A stretch of 64,000 bases of DNA from Amphiscolops sp. MND2022 (Eukaryota). How positions within the stretch are numbered: the stretch's first letter is position 1; each line of letters opens with the position of its first letter. Of this stretch, positions 25,601 to 37,245 are shown one piece after another. Position numbers and translations under genes: made by a program. The notes under the pieces were generated by a model that was given only the letters and a program-made list of their open reading frames with translations, did not search any database and was not told the origin of the DNA. The stretch is from contig OZ076409.1 of assembly GCA_964187785.1 (NCBI GenBank), positions 45,820,001 through 45,884,000 on the forward strand. The letters are read 5' to 3'.

Positions 25601-27899
25601 CTGTAACACGATTTTTCCAAACGAAAATAATACCCCCAGCACTGTGGAACGCATGTGACTATGTTATCCAGTTCAATTTTGTCATTGCGCACATCCCGGG
25701 GGCACAAAATACAGCTGCCGACTATTTGTCCCGATTGGAAGCAAATCCGAAGGACAACCTGGTGATGAAAATTCGCGAAGATGTACAAACACTGCCAATC
25801 GAAATCAATGTCCAATCCGCAGGGGTGTCACAAGAAGAACAAATCTTCTACACCAACGACGACGATGAGACAGAGGAACAGTATTGGGCAAGAAAAGAAG
25901 CAATCAAGAAAAATCCAGCAACTGATGAACCCACTGTTACCAAACAAACTCTGTCAACAAATCTGGTCAAGCAACACCCCGATATCCAAGTCCGATTAAG
26001 GAAAACGAACCAGATCATTATTGAGCAATCCAAAGATGCAGTATTACAACAATTGAAGGCAAAACTCCTTCATGAAGATTATTCAGAAGACATACTGCAA
26101 CAGGATGCCCGATACAGACACTATGCAAAAATTCTGGAACGAATTGTACTAAAGGATGAAATCCTGACAAGGCAATATTTTGATGAAACAGGGAATGTTA
26201 AATACCATCAAATTTTGCTCCCGCAACACTTACTCCAGGACTTGCTCCAATCTCTTCACAGGACAGCGCATAAACATCCTGCGATTTCAAAAATGCTGCA
26301 GGAAATTCGACAGAGGTATTACCACCCTAACATGGCTAAACATGTCAAAAAGTGGGTAGAAGGGTGCGAACAATGTGCCAGAGACAAAAGAGTCCCTAAC
26401 GCAACAATTACACCTGAACTACTCAACTTGCCCGAATGGGACCTTGGACCTGAAGACGCCATGCAAATTGACCTATTGCCGAATCTCCCCCCAAGTGGTG
26501 GGTATGAAAACGTCTTATCAGCAATCGATGTATTTTCCAGATATCTGTTGGCCTATCCCCTTACGGACGCATCAGCGATCAATGTAGCAAAAGCGCTCAT
26601 TGACATCATGACTAAACACTCATATCTACCAACGACTCTTATCACTGATAAAGGTACTGCATTTACTTCTACAATTATTGCGGAGGTTACGCAGATTCTG
26701 GGCATCACACTCAAATGTGCCACGACAAAACACCCGCAGACAATTGGGAAATTGGAGCGAACTCATGCCTCATTGAAAACAAATCTCAAAATGGCATGTG
26801 AGGAATATCGCCGACAATGGCACAAATACTTGCCATTAGCAGTACTGAATCATAATACTAGTTATCACGCCAGCATCGGTTGTGAGCCGACGAGAGTATT
26901 TCACGGAAGAATTCCATTCAATATCTTGGACCACTAGCTTGGAAATAATCCTAACGAGCAGATCAACCCCACAACCGAATTTGCTGAAGAAATCCAAAAC
27001 CGGACAAAAATCCTGATTGACAAAACGAAGCAAACATTATGCAGTCGTATATCAAGTACAAAGAATTTTATGACCGCAAAGCGAAAGCCGCTCCACTAAA
27101 GGAGAACGAATACTGTTTTGTCTTACAGCCGAAAGCGGATAATCAAGGATCAAAAATTCCATTCCGCGATTACCGTTGGGTTGGACCATTTGTAGTCCAA
27201 AAAGTTTTGCCAAATGAAAACTATATAGTACGACGGATTAACACGAACAGAACTCAAATTTTGCATCGGATCCGTCTTAAAAAGTTTGTCCTCAATCAAC
27301 CGCTTGAAGACAATTTCCGAGAACAACGGTTGCAGCCAGACGAAGAAATTGTCATTCCGCAAGATGATTTATATATCATAACGTGGGAAACCGAATTTGG
27401 CGAGCAGCTAGTTACACAAGGAAGCGAGACTATTCCGACTAGCACGCCGAATGGCGAACGGCCGAATGCGGCAGAAACGAATACAAATGACGTAACCGAG
27501 AATGAAGCGGATTACATAATCACGCGAGAAGTAACGAACAACGGCAATGCAGCGCAAAGCCGGAATGACCGCTTAAATGATGACGTCACTGAAAGAAATG
27601 AATCTACTGCAGTCACAGAAAATGAAGAATCTGATTGGCCGAATCCGACCGTTTCCCCAAAAAACCAAGAAAAATCATTGCCGAATACGGCAGATAGACT
27701 GAAAAACGATGAAAATTTTTCAGAAAGAAACTTGACGAATGAAAACGATACACAAAATTCTCCAAACAGGGGGGATGATATTATCGTGCCCGAAATATCT
27801 GAAAACGATGCTAGAAATGAAAGTCTGAGCCCTAGAGGAGGAAAATATAACCTCAGGCCTAACCCCAACCCAAACTACTCAGAAGACTTCAGATACTAA
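22692..27899 (+). pseudogene. pol: pol of element B (protease, dUTPase-like spacer, RT, RNase H, integrase, GPF motif, acidic tail); several stops and frameshifts
   Basis: LLDTGA; QYVDDIGI; SDASF; H..H..C..C and IDLL/ITDKG/ERTH integrase motifs; WVGPFVV. Confidence 0.95.
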
Positions 27900-28126
27900 G
27901 AATTGAATTTCTTCCCGAAAATGGGAATTCTCTTCTATTCATTCCTTTTATCCTTTTTCTGGCCCCTCAAAGTATCTTTTGCAATAAATAATTGGGGCAT
28001 TACAAATGATCCCTTACAAAGAAATAAATATGGGATCAAGGCAACAACGAACAAAATGAATATAAATACGAAACAGAAAATGAACAAAGCATACAGTCTA
28101 CAAGTACATGAATACATATGTACACA

Positions 28127-31100
28127 TTAGTTCTTAGAAGATCCCTGGACAAGTTTCTTGGAGGCAGACGAGATAGTGGAATTACTGCTGCCCATTCTTT
28201 TCCGTTGTGTCCGGGAAGGAAACTTTACGGCAGAGTCATCCGGCACGGAAGAGGCAGTTCCTTTCCCCAGACGAACAGCCCGAGTGGGGGAAACAGCAGT
28301 GACGGTCTTATAGGAGGCAAGAAGGCTCTTGTAGATCTTGGACCTACCGAACTCATCCACAAAGGTCCATTGATCGTAATCGGGGGAGAAAGCTGAACGC
28401 TCGAAGGAAGAACTGAGAGCTGAGAACTTTTCTAAATTGGCATCAGAGCAACAATACGAAATGGAATCAGGCACGCAAGAAAGGTAACTCTGACAGGGCA
28501 CTACCAGGTCAGCAAAACGGCGTCGGTGTCCAGATGTGTCAACACTCCCAATTGATACTGGAGGATATTGGGGACTTTGACCTGTCAGACACAAGCAGCA
28601 CAGCTTGAAGAGATGAAAAATGTGCTCATGAGTTTGAAAAAACTCGAGCCGCATCAGGAAGTCTATGAGGTCACTGGAATTTTCCAGAGATCAAAATCTG
28701 GAGGATAATTGACCCGCAGGTGATCCAACAAAGCCAAATACTCATCTCGACAGATGTTCTCATTCTCACTGGAGACCCAAGAACGAAGCTGAAAGGTCGA
28801 ATGTAGCACCTCAAAATGCCGGAGTCCGACCTCTGTCGGCCTTTTGAAGAGGACAAAAGGGTCAAAGGCGGTGAACCCCTTGATCACCTCGGAACTCAGG
28901 CCGGCTTGGTTGAGAACCTGCTTAATCAGGTACTGAATGAAGTGCAGTCCCTCTTTGACAAAACTGCTGGTTGTTTCTGCAGCTGTCTTATCAATGCAGC
29001 GGCCTTCTCGGATTTTTTGTTCAGATGAACAACATCAGCACACTGTTTGCTGGCAGTAGCTATCCGATTCGTCAATCGGTGCCGGATAAGGAAATCGTCC
29101 TCACTGATGAATTTTCCTTCGCTCACGTTGAAATTAAGGAGAAGGAACCACGAATTCTCGAGAGGGATGGTCTCTGGAAAGTAGCATCTGGCACATAGCT
29201 TGGAGACGGAGCGACAGACTTCTCCACAGAGGAAAAATGATGCATCTCGTCGGCCCTGCAGATTGACAACGAAACTGGAAACATCTGGAAATACAACGGA
29301 CAAGATCATGAAAGGAACAAAATGTTCGCGTGAACCCATGACAACATGCCTACTATGTTAGTAGTCCAAAGAATCAAGGATCAAGGACCGTCCAGATAAT
29401 GCCTTAAAGTATCGATATGGACATGTGGCGGTATACTCACAATCACTGATTATGCGTTGGAAGAGCTCCAACTTGACGACGAAGAAAGAGTCGCAGATAA
29501 GAGACCACTCGAAACTCTGCACTTGATTGTGGACCCCCTGCATTCCTTGATGTGGAGTGTGTGATGTCAAGTACTGCCTGACTGCCTTCCAATGTTTCAC
29601 GAGTTCCCGGCAGAGATTGGGTAAACTCGACAAGTCCAGTTTGCAGGTATCAATGGCCTAAATGGACCCAAAATGCCTTTTGCCCGTACCTACCCCCTAA
29701 CCCTTTGCGCCTTAGGTTTGGACTTGAAATACTAACTTGTGCTAGCTCAGGGGATTGCAGGACCCAGTCCTCGCCAGTAGCTGCCCCAAGTGAAACCATG
29801 AGGCATTTCAGAACAGAGAAAAAGTCTATTCTGCCAAACACACTGTAAGTTGGCTTGTGCATCATCTTCTGAAGTTGCAGGTGTTCGAAGCGAAAACAAC
29901 TCTGGACAGCCCGAGGGAAGAAAGCATTATGGTCGATAGTCTGGATCAGCTCCACTGGACATCCTGAGCAAGCAACTATATCGGCCTTGGTGGACACTAC
30001 TGAAAGAAGTCTGGAAAGAGACCCCAACTCCCCAGTGAGATCAGTGGAAGGAAGCCCACTTCGGCACACGTAGATTCGACAGAGAGTGTCGCCCTTCCAG
30101 AATTTGACAGACATGAGTCTGTTCACGCCCTCATCCTCAAACTCGATGGCAAAGTGCTGTGTGGTAGCAATCTGCTCCGCTAAATCACTCATTGCACAAT
30201 TGAAAATGTGCTGGAAGATGGCCTGGAAAGGAAAAGGAGGATTACGAAATGTGTGGAGGACTTTGGCCTCCCTCAAGCAGTACGCAAACTCAAAAGAGAA
30301 CTTACCGAAATTCTTTCCTCGCCCCAATAGATGTCGCAGTAGCTGATCTGGTAGTTGGTCAAAGAGCTTATTTGGGACCACAATTTGCGGAGCATTCCAA
30401 TATCTCCAAGTTGTTGTACGAAGTCCCCGATGAGATGGATCTGCGTCTTGGCCCTTGATTCAGGGGTGACAAGTGTGGTCGACGTACCTTTTATGAAATC
30501 ATCGTAAAAGGGGAAGCGTTCTCCGATGTCCACCAGCTCGACGTGCATGAAGTGGCGCCTCTCCTTTGCCAACTCTATCTCCGAGAGGATCTTCCCATTA
30601 CGGCCTCTCACTCGATGTTGCACCTTTCCAGACACGGAGTGGACGCTTTTAAGGTGCTCGTAGCGCCATCTTTGATCCCGTCTGAGGTGCTTCTCAGTAC
30701 TGTGGTGTCGCAAGATTTCTAAATTCCCCCTAGTCTTCACGGAGATATTCTTTTTGCATATATGGCACCACACCATATATGGATTGTGAAGGGGATCTGC
30801 TGGTCCGGAAATGAATGAGCGCGTCCAACCGATCTTAGAGAAGAACCCTCTCTCATAGGAACACCTCGAGTCTGCTTGCGTCGCTTCCTTTTGGGCGCTT
30901 TACCCGAACTTGAGGCCAAAGGCGGGGCGGGAGAAGTTTGAATCCGCAGCTCAGAAAGAGTGGCATCAAGGCTTGACTGCTCCGTAGATTCAAAGCCTGC
31001 TTGGGAAGGATCATCTTGTGTAACCTTACGAGGAGTAGAAGCAGGTCTGAAAGGCTCCTTGAAAGCCTGTGAGATGAGCGCCATCTCGCCAGAACTATCA

Positions 31101-32310
31101 GTATCGTTGAAGGAGTCCAGCCCTCTGTCTTCTTGCCCTGAACTCGATCCAGCAGACGTATCGGTTCCCGATTCAGGGAAATTTTCAGTGCGCGAGCTGT
31201 CTTCAGAATCACTGTGCAGACCAGGTCCTGGAGTTTGGGCTCTTGGCCTGACACGGAATTGATCAGTTCGGGAACTGGAAGTGACCGGAGCTCCGCGAAC
31301 TGCCCCAATCACCATCTGTTCCATGGCAGTAAAGGACATTTTCAACGTCTCATCAGTAAGAACTCTCAAAAGATGATATACTTGTGGCTCAGTGAAAGCC
31401 ACTGTTCTATGGCCGAGAGGGAAGTTGATGGTGGAGGCATCCTCATCAAAGTACTGTTTCAAAATGGCCCGGCTGCGGCCAGAGAGCTCCCTGACTTTGG
31501 AATCTTTCCCTGTAGATGTTGACGGACGCATGACATCGGGACGATGGATGGAAGTATCAACTGATGATTCTTCTGCAGTTTCAGTCGCATTTCCTACTGG
31601 TTGGAAGTTGTATAGGGCAGGTCCACTTGCCTGGCTGGATGTGTCACCGGCTTCCTCAGTGCCAGTCACGTCGTCCAAATATATCACATCCGTGACTCCT
31701 GTTGGCAGTTTGGGGGCATCACATACAGAGGAACTCTCATCAGTCTCATGCTGAAGGAATGACGCTGCTGACACGTTGGCAGAAGTTCCACAAGTTGTCA
31801 ACAACTCTAGCAATGCCGTCAGAGAGGAGGGAGCAATCGTTAGACCAGCTTCTAGCTGTGTTAAGTTCAGCCCTGCAGACTCACTGGGCAAGTTCTTGGT
31901 TGGAGTGCTGGTTTGGAAAAACAATGTAGAATTTTGGGGTTCAATCCCAGCAGCAAGCTGGCATTCTCTTCAATCTCCTGTTCCCTGATTTCAGAATCCT
32001 TGGCAACTTGTCCCTCTTCCTGTTCCTGGACTTGCTCAAGAAAGAGAACTTTCTCATCTGCATACGCAGTAACGTCAACGTTACTGTCAAGACAGCTAGG
32101 CGACCTTGGAGGTCTTGTTGGAGGGAAGGGTGGAGGCGATGGTTGCGGCCTACGGACAACGTTGGACACTCCTGCAGAAGTAGTACTCAGGACACGCTCA
32201 CTGGGAATATCTGCTGATGTGTTGGCTTGGACTTGAGGATCATCTCCTGGCTGATTTGCTAAACAAAAAGAGATGAAATTTGGCGGTGAGCTTCCTTGAA
32301 AGAAATCCAT
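28127..32310 (-). pseudogene. Antisense spliced accessory gene of element B (~1300 aa): disordered N-terminus, NLS, BED/TTF-like zinc finger, degenerate hAT-transposase-like body
   Basis: Seven colinear ORF pieces; phase-0 GT-AG introns at 30223..30305 and 29658..29736 restore the frame; WCHICKKNISVKTRGNLEILRHHSTEKH; KAPKRKRRK. Confidence 0.75.
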
Positions 32311-33358
32311 TTCACCGCATTAGAAAACTTCCGGAAGTGTTTGAAAATTTGAATGAAAAACGTTATCACGTGTTCATTGACGGAAACAGGAAGCACTTTG
32401 TGAACAAATTTGACCCTGATTAAGTTAGATTTAGTTCAAAAATAAAACAAACCAACTTTCAGACGAAGACATTCTGGGGCAAGACTGATTGTAGGGAATG
32501 AGTCCTTGTTCGACTGAAATGGATAGGGGAACTTGGCCGAGTCCGGCTGAAGAAGGAGATCTGGGATACTCTGAAGAGTAGAGCTGACGGAAGAAGAAGT
32601 GGACGTACAAGGATGAATCTCAGTTGGGAGGATACAAATAAAAGAAACAGATGTAGAGTAATCAGAAATGGAATTGGATTGGAATTTTAATGTAAAAGAA
32701 TTGAAGAATTGGAGTTCGTGGCTGAAGATTATTACCAGACTAATATTATGGATTATGTACATATTTATTTTGTACATGGAGTCTGCCAGCGAAGTGTACA
32801 AAGAACTTTGTTATTTACAGCTTATTTAGTTAGAGGCCGGTTATGGCCGTTTGCCCTGTTTTGTTTAGCCGTTTCGTCCAGTTACCCTAGTTACCCTTAA
32901 CTAGAATTTTCGCCATTTTGAGTTATTTGGATTTAATATTTTCGCCATTTTATTATTTAATCTTACAACTTATCGAAGCTTAATGCTGATTGGCTGAAGC
33001 CTTTTTGAAAGAATTCCGCGTCGCGTGTCGTTAATTGCCATCAGGCAAACAGTTAATTACCCACTTGAAACGGGTGAAGATAATATTTACAACTCAAGCG
33101 TCATCAACACCTCTCAGAGTGATGGTGTTGATAGGGGGTAAACACTGAGTTATCAAAGGAAGCCGACTAATTATAAAATTCCATTCAGGAATGTTTACGT
33201 CGGATCAGGGCGATTTACCGATAACTCGTCCGCCAAAACGAATTGCCGGGAAAAGGCCCGAGTCGACTAAATTTTTGAGTTGGTAAATTCATTCCACTTT
33301 GAAATCTCACTCAAGCTAGTTAAATTCTCCAGTCAGCAAAATTGCTAAGAAACTCATA

Positions 33359-34144
33359 ATGCAAAGATATAACCTAACTAAAAAGCTCTTTGATCTTGAA
33401 GAAGACTCAGAAAGCTAAGTGGATTCAGTGATCTACATCTCAAGTGACAGTGAGAATGAAGTCTCAAGTTCCTGGGACTCGGACTGGTCCACGGATACAG
33501 AAGAGATCATAGAAAGAATAGAACGAGAGGTGAAAGCTGCTCCAATCCCTATAGCGGGACGCGCAATGACGACAGAAGATTTAGACGATGAGATGACAGC
33601 TGGACCAAGCAGTGCTTGGCCTGTTCCGCCCTCTACCCCTAAACTGGGATTCGAGTATTTTAACAAGGAAATGTGATTGGCTCCATCGAAAAAGCAAAGA
33701 AAATCAAAAGTCGAGCTCTGTGCAACTGTATTACCCGTTCTGGAGTCCCCACTGTCTCCTCCCGACCATGAAAGGGGACCGAGCATTGACACCCCTCTTG
33801 TGCAGTCAACCTCTGGAACTTTCTATGCGTCCTATCATGTGCAAAATACCGAGCCTTATCAGGACATGAGCCAAAATTTGCACACAGGCTGTATGGTATG
33901 CGGCAAATCGAGAGATCAAATAAAAGCAGAAAAGGTGATCTGGTACATGCAAAGATCGACACCTAGCAGTGAGCCCGCTTATATCACCGCCCTACGACGA
34001 GAGGCTTATGAAAATGGCTTGAACGCAGGAAGCTTACTTTTTCTAACACCCGCAGTGTCGCAGGCTGCCGCCTGTGATGGTACAAGGATCACTACTACCG
34101 CAGAAGGACAGGATATAGCGGCCGGAACTCTACCAATATACTAG
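33359..34144 (+). pseudogene. Small sense accessory ORF (~260 aa, two in-frame stops) ending inside the 3' LTR
   Basis: ATG at 33359 is in frame with ORFs 33419..33676 and 33677..34144; VIYISSDSE motif, PSKKQRKSK and CMVC. Confidence 0.65.
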
Positions 34145-36011
34145 AGGTAAACATTAAAAACACAAACTTTGCTATCATTTTTTAGTCTACAAGTTGTACT
34201 TGTTATCGTTGTTGACTTTACATTTAGTATATAGTTTGCTGATATTAGTCCGTTCATGCCAACATTTGAAAGTTCAGATGATGTATTGACAATTGTAAAA
34301 GTTAGAAGTGCAGTATGAACATGCTGTTATAGCAATAGATAGGCAGCTAGGAAGCGTAAAGGAAACGAGTTCAAGTGAACGTAACTCCAATTCCGGAGAC
34401 GTCACTTGAGCTCAACCTGTTAGCCAATCATATTCATCCATTTGAGTAATAGTAGTGCTGTTTTTAATTAATGGCCGGTTTAGGCCATATGCCGGAAATT
34501 CATCTTTATTAATTGGCGCTTTAGTTAAACGGCCGGTTCCGGCCTTAATGTTCAGATGAAAGAATATTAGTGCAGACACTGCTGTGCTCCGTTAAATAGT
34601 AGTCTAATCATGTTGCTGTACTAATTAAACGTTCATTTTAGCTAATTGGCGCTTTGTTCTATCCATTCCAATATTAGGCCGAATAAGGCCATTTGCCTGA
34701 CTTCTATCCTTTGTTGCTGTGGCCAATTGGACAGTGGCCGGTTAAGGCCTCTTTTCAATACTATTATTCAGATGCCAGTTACAATCATTTAGTATATTTT
34801 AAATGTCATGTATAGTTACAAGTACGTCGTAAAGACTCATGTAGCTCTTGAAATTAATTGATGTAATCAATACCAATGTATGATGTTGCTACCAATATTG
34901 GCCCAAAGGACATGTCTGGCCTTATTTGCTAGTTGGCACGTGGAATCTGTGTGCATATTATATAGAGGTAAATATGTGCTGTTACATGTAACATTGCTGT
35001 ATACAAGTTGATCTAGCCTGCTAACGGGGCACGTGCCGACACGAGATTGTCAGCATTCTTGAAATATTAGAGGCGTAAACATTTTAATCGATGCTATTTG
35101 ATGTACCGTGTGCCTTTTGAATACTTGTTAAAGATGTCAAAACAGGAATTTGAACGGCCGCGTGACCTTACGATCACAGTTCGGCGGCACTTTGATGCTT
35201 ACATAGTTGAGTTAAGTCAGGTGCTTTCGGAACGTGCTTGTAACATTTTTTGACTGTTTGCATCATGTTTATCCCGTCCGAGGAAGTATATATAGAAGCA
35301 ACTTCCTTCGGGTGGACACATTTTTGTTTTGCTCCTAATACTCAGTTGATAACACTTTTACGTTAACAATCACCAATTCTGTTTTCCGGTTTTAATAATT
35401 TAACTATTCAACCCGGTTTAGTCTTGATGCCTACTACTAAGAAACAAAAGAAGACAAGGAAATCTAGAGGATTAGAGATTCTCTCTGATATTGAAAACCT
35501 TGATATAATGTTAGGAGAGAACCATTTTAATGGAACCGAAAGAGACGAAAGTCTCGAAGGAACCTCTATCAGGAGACAAGAAAGCGTCACAAGTAATAAC
35601 TTGGAAAATGAAGGACTAGATCCTTATGCCGATTATGGAAACCATAGAGTTAGGACTAGTGCCATTTAGACCAGAATTCTGCAAGCGTAGATTCTCAAGC
35701 TGAGATTAACAAGCTTTCGAGTGAGTTGAACTCTAGAATGTCTAGGGAGATGGATGAGATGATGAACAGTGTCAGTTCTCAAATCCAGAGAGCCATAAAT
35801 GATGCCATTAATAACCAGGTTTTACCCCAAATCCAGAACGTTGTTATGGCCGGTTCAGGACAGAAGACTAGAAGAGGATGGGAGACATCTATTGATAGAC
35901 CGGAAATTCACTCTGAAATTCAACAGAATCCGAAGGCCAAAACTAACTTTAATAGTGAACATAGTGAAAATCACCGTAAAGGTGAAAGGACACAGTGTGA
36001 TGTTCATGACA
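34056..36011 (+). repeat. 3' LTR of element B
   Basis: Direct repeat of 19622..21577, followed by TSD TACTG. Confidence 0.97.
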
Positions 36012-36884
36012 TACTGTGATTTGGAAATCATCCGCCGGGCGACTTAAAGCTTGACTTTTTTCGAAATCAATTGAAAATTTTGAACAACGTCAGAAGTGAA
36101 AGTTTCTTCGAAATTCTCTGTTTCTCATTAGTATTTGGATTGAATTTCTGAGACCAAAATTAAGAAAGTTACAAATAGCTAATTTTTAGCAAAATTTGGA
36201 CATTTTTCTTTTTCCCATTTTTCTGTTTTACCTACAGCTTTGTGGCACGTTTTATGCTCAATCAACTTCAGAATGTTTCTGAAACAAAAAATAAATCATT
36301 GAAATCTTAACAATCTGCAGAATCCGATGAAATTAACGTTTTAAGAAAAAAGTTCGAAGACCTACTAAAATCTGGGAAATTAACTGATATGTTCTTCCTG
36401 CGCCTGAGTTTTCACTTGATGCGCCAATCAATATTGAAAGTGAGAGCAATTACGCTAAATTATTAATTGGTTGATAACGACGCTCAGCGCACAGGGGTAT
36501 GATTTCCTATTCACAGTACTGTGCTGTAACAAATAATATTGAACAGTGATTATGCGTCCTTTTTGAGTACAATTTACTAATACATTACGATAAAACATTG
36601 TGAAACGGGAACCGTTTAGTGGTCCCAGCACCTCTCAGTGACGTTACTGGTAAATGCCTTTAGTCTTGTTTTGTTGAGTATTGTGACCAACAATGATCCC
36701 AAAGTTTGAAAGGTGTTCCTTGAGGGTATTTGATGTTCTTTCATGTATCCATTATACGATGAGAAGGTTGCTGATTGATGTTGTAATATACCTCTCCACT
36801 TAAAGTTTAGCTGCTTAGTATTATAATACCACTTGATTGCCTTTCCAGAAGACATGCTTTGTTGACATATTCACTGTAACTTTA

Positions 36885-37245
36885 TGTAACGTCACGCTAG
36901 CTGCGTACATCTTAAAGCTGGGATAATTCCCAGGTTGCCTTGACAGACAGGAGACCATAGTCTTACTACAACGCTAGACATCAGTTTTTCTCCCAAACTT
37001 TGAATAGGTTTCTTAGGGGGACTTTTCAAACGTCAAGGAGGCTCCTCAGTTAGGGCTTCGTGCCAACATGCCGGCACTCACAAAGTCCGGACAGGTCCCA
37101 CAAGCATCATGATGTAAAAACATTCCTGAAGGTTCCTGCGACTTCCTACAAACTTGCGAGGTTCAAAAACGGCAATCAGCTAAAATTAATTTGATTGACG
37201 AAATATGATAAAAAATACGAACCTAGTAGGTCAAACATCACCATA
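36885..37245 (-). repeat. Diverged, truncated solo LTR of the element A family
   Basis: Starts TGTAACG and shares blocks (gtcttactaca, tagggggacttt, gccggcactc.caaagtccgga) with 18109..18527. Confidence 0.8.

Larger units (their letters stand above)
19622..36011 (+). mobile_element. Full-length Ty3/Gypsy LTR retrotransposon B (16.4 kb) with accessory genes
   Basis: Two 1956-bp near-identical LTRs (TGTC...GACA); TSD TACTG at 19617..19621 and 36012..36016; PBS; gag and pol. Confidence 0.97.

Noticed and set aside
32260..32315. Possible third intron (GTGAAA...TTTAG) at the start of the antisense gene
   Set aside because: Splice phases do not join ATG 32320 to the downstream frame; unresolved.
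32436..32801. 121-aa minus ORF and a short basic plus-strand frame in the inter-accessory region
   Set aside because: No recognisable motif, and the plus frame lacks a start and contains a stop.
36616..36855. Possible Penelope-like linker fragment (WIHERTSNTLKEHLSNFGIIVGH)
   Set aside because: Too short and degenerate to support.
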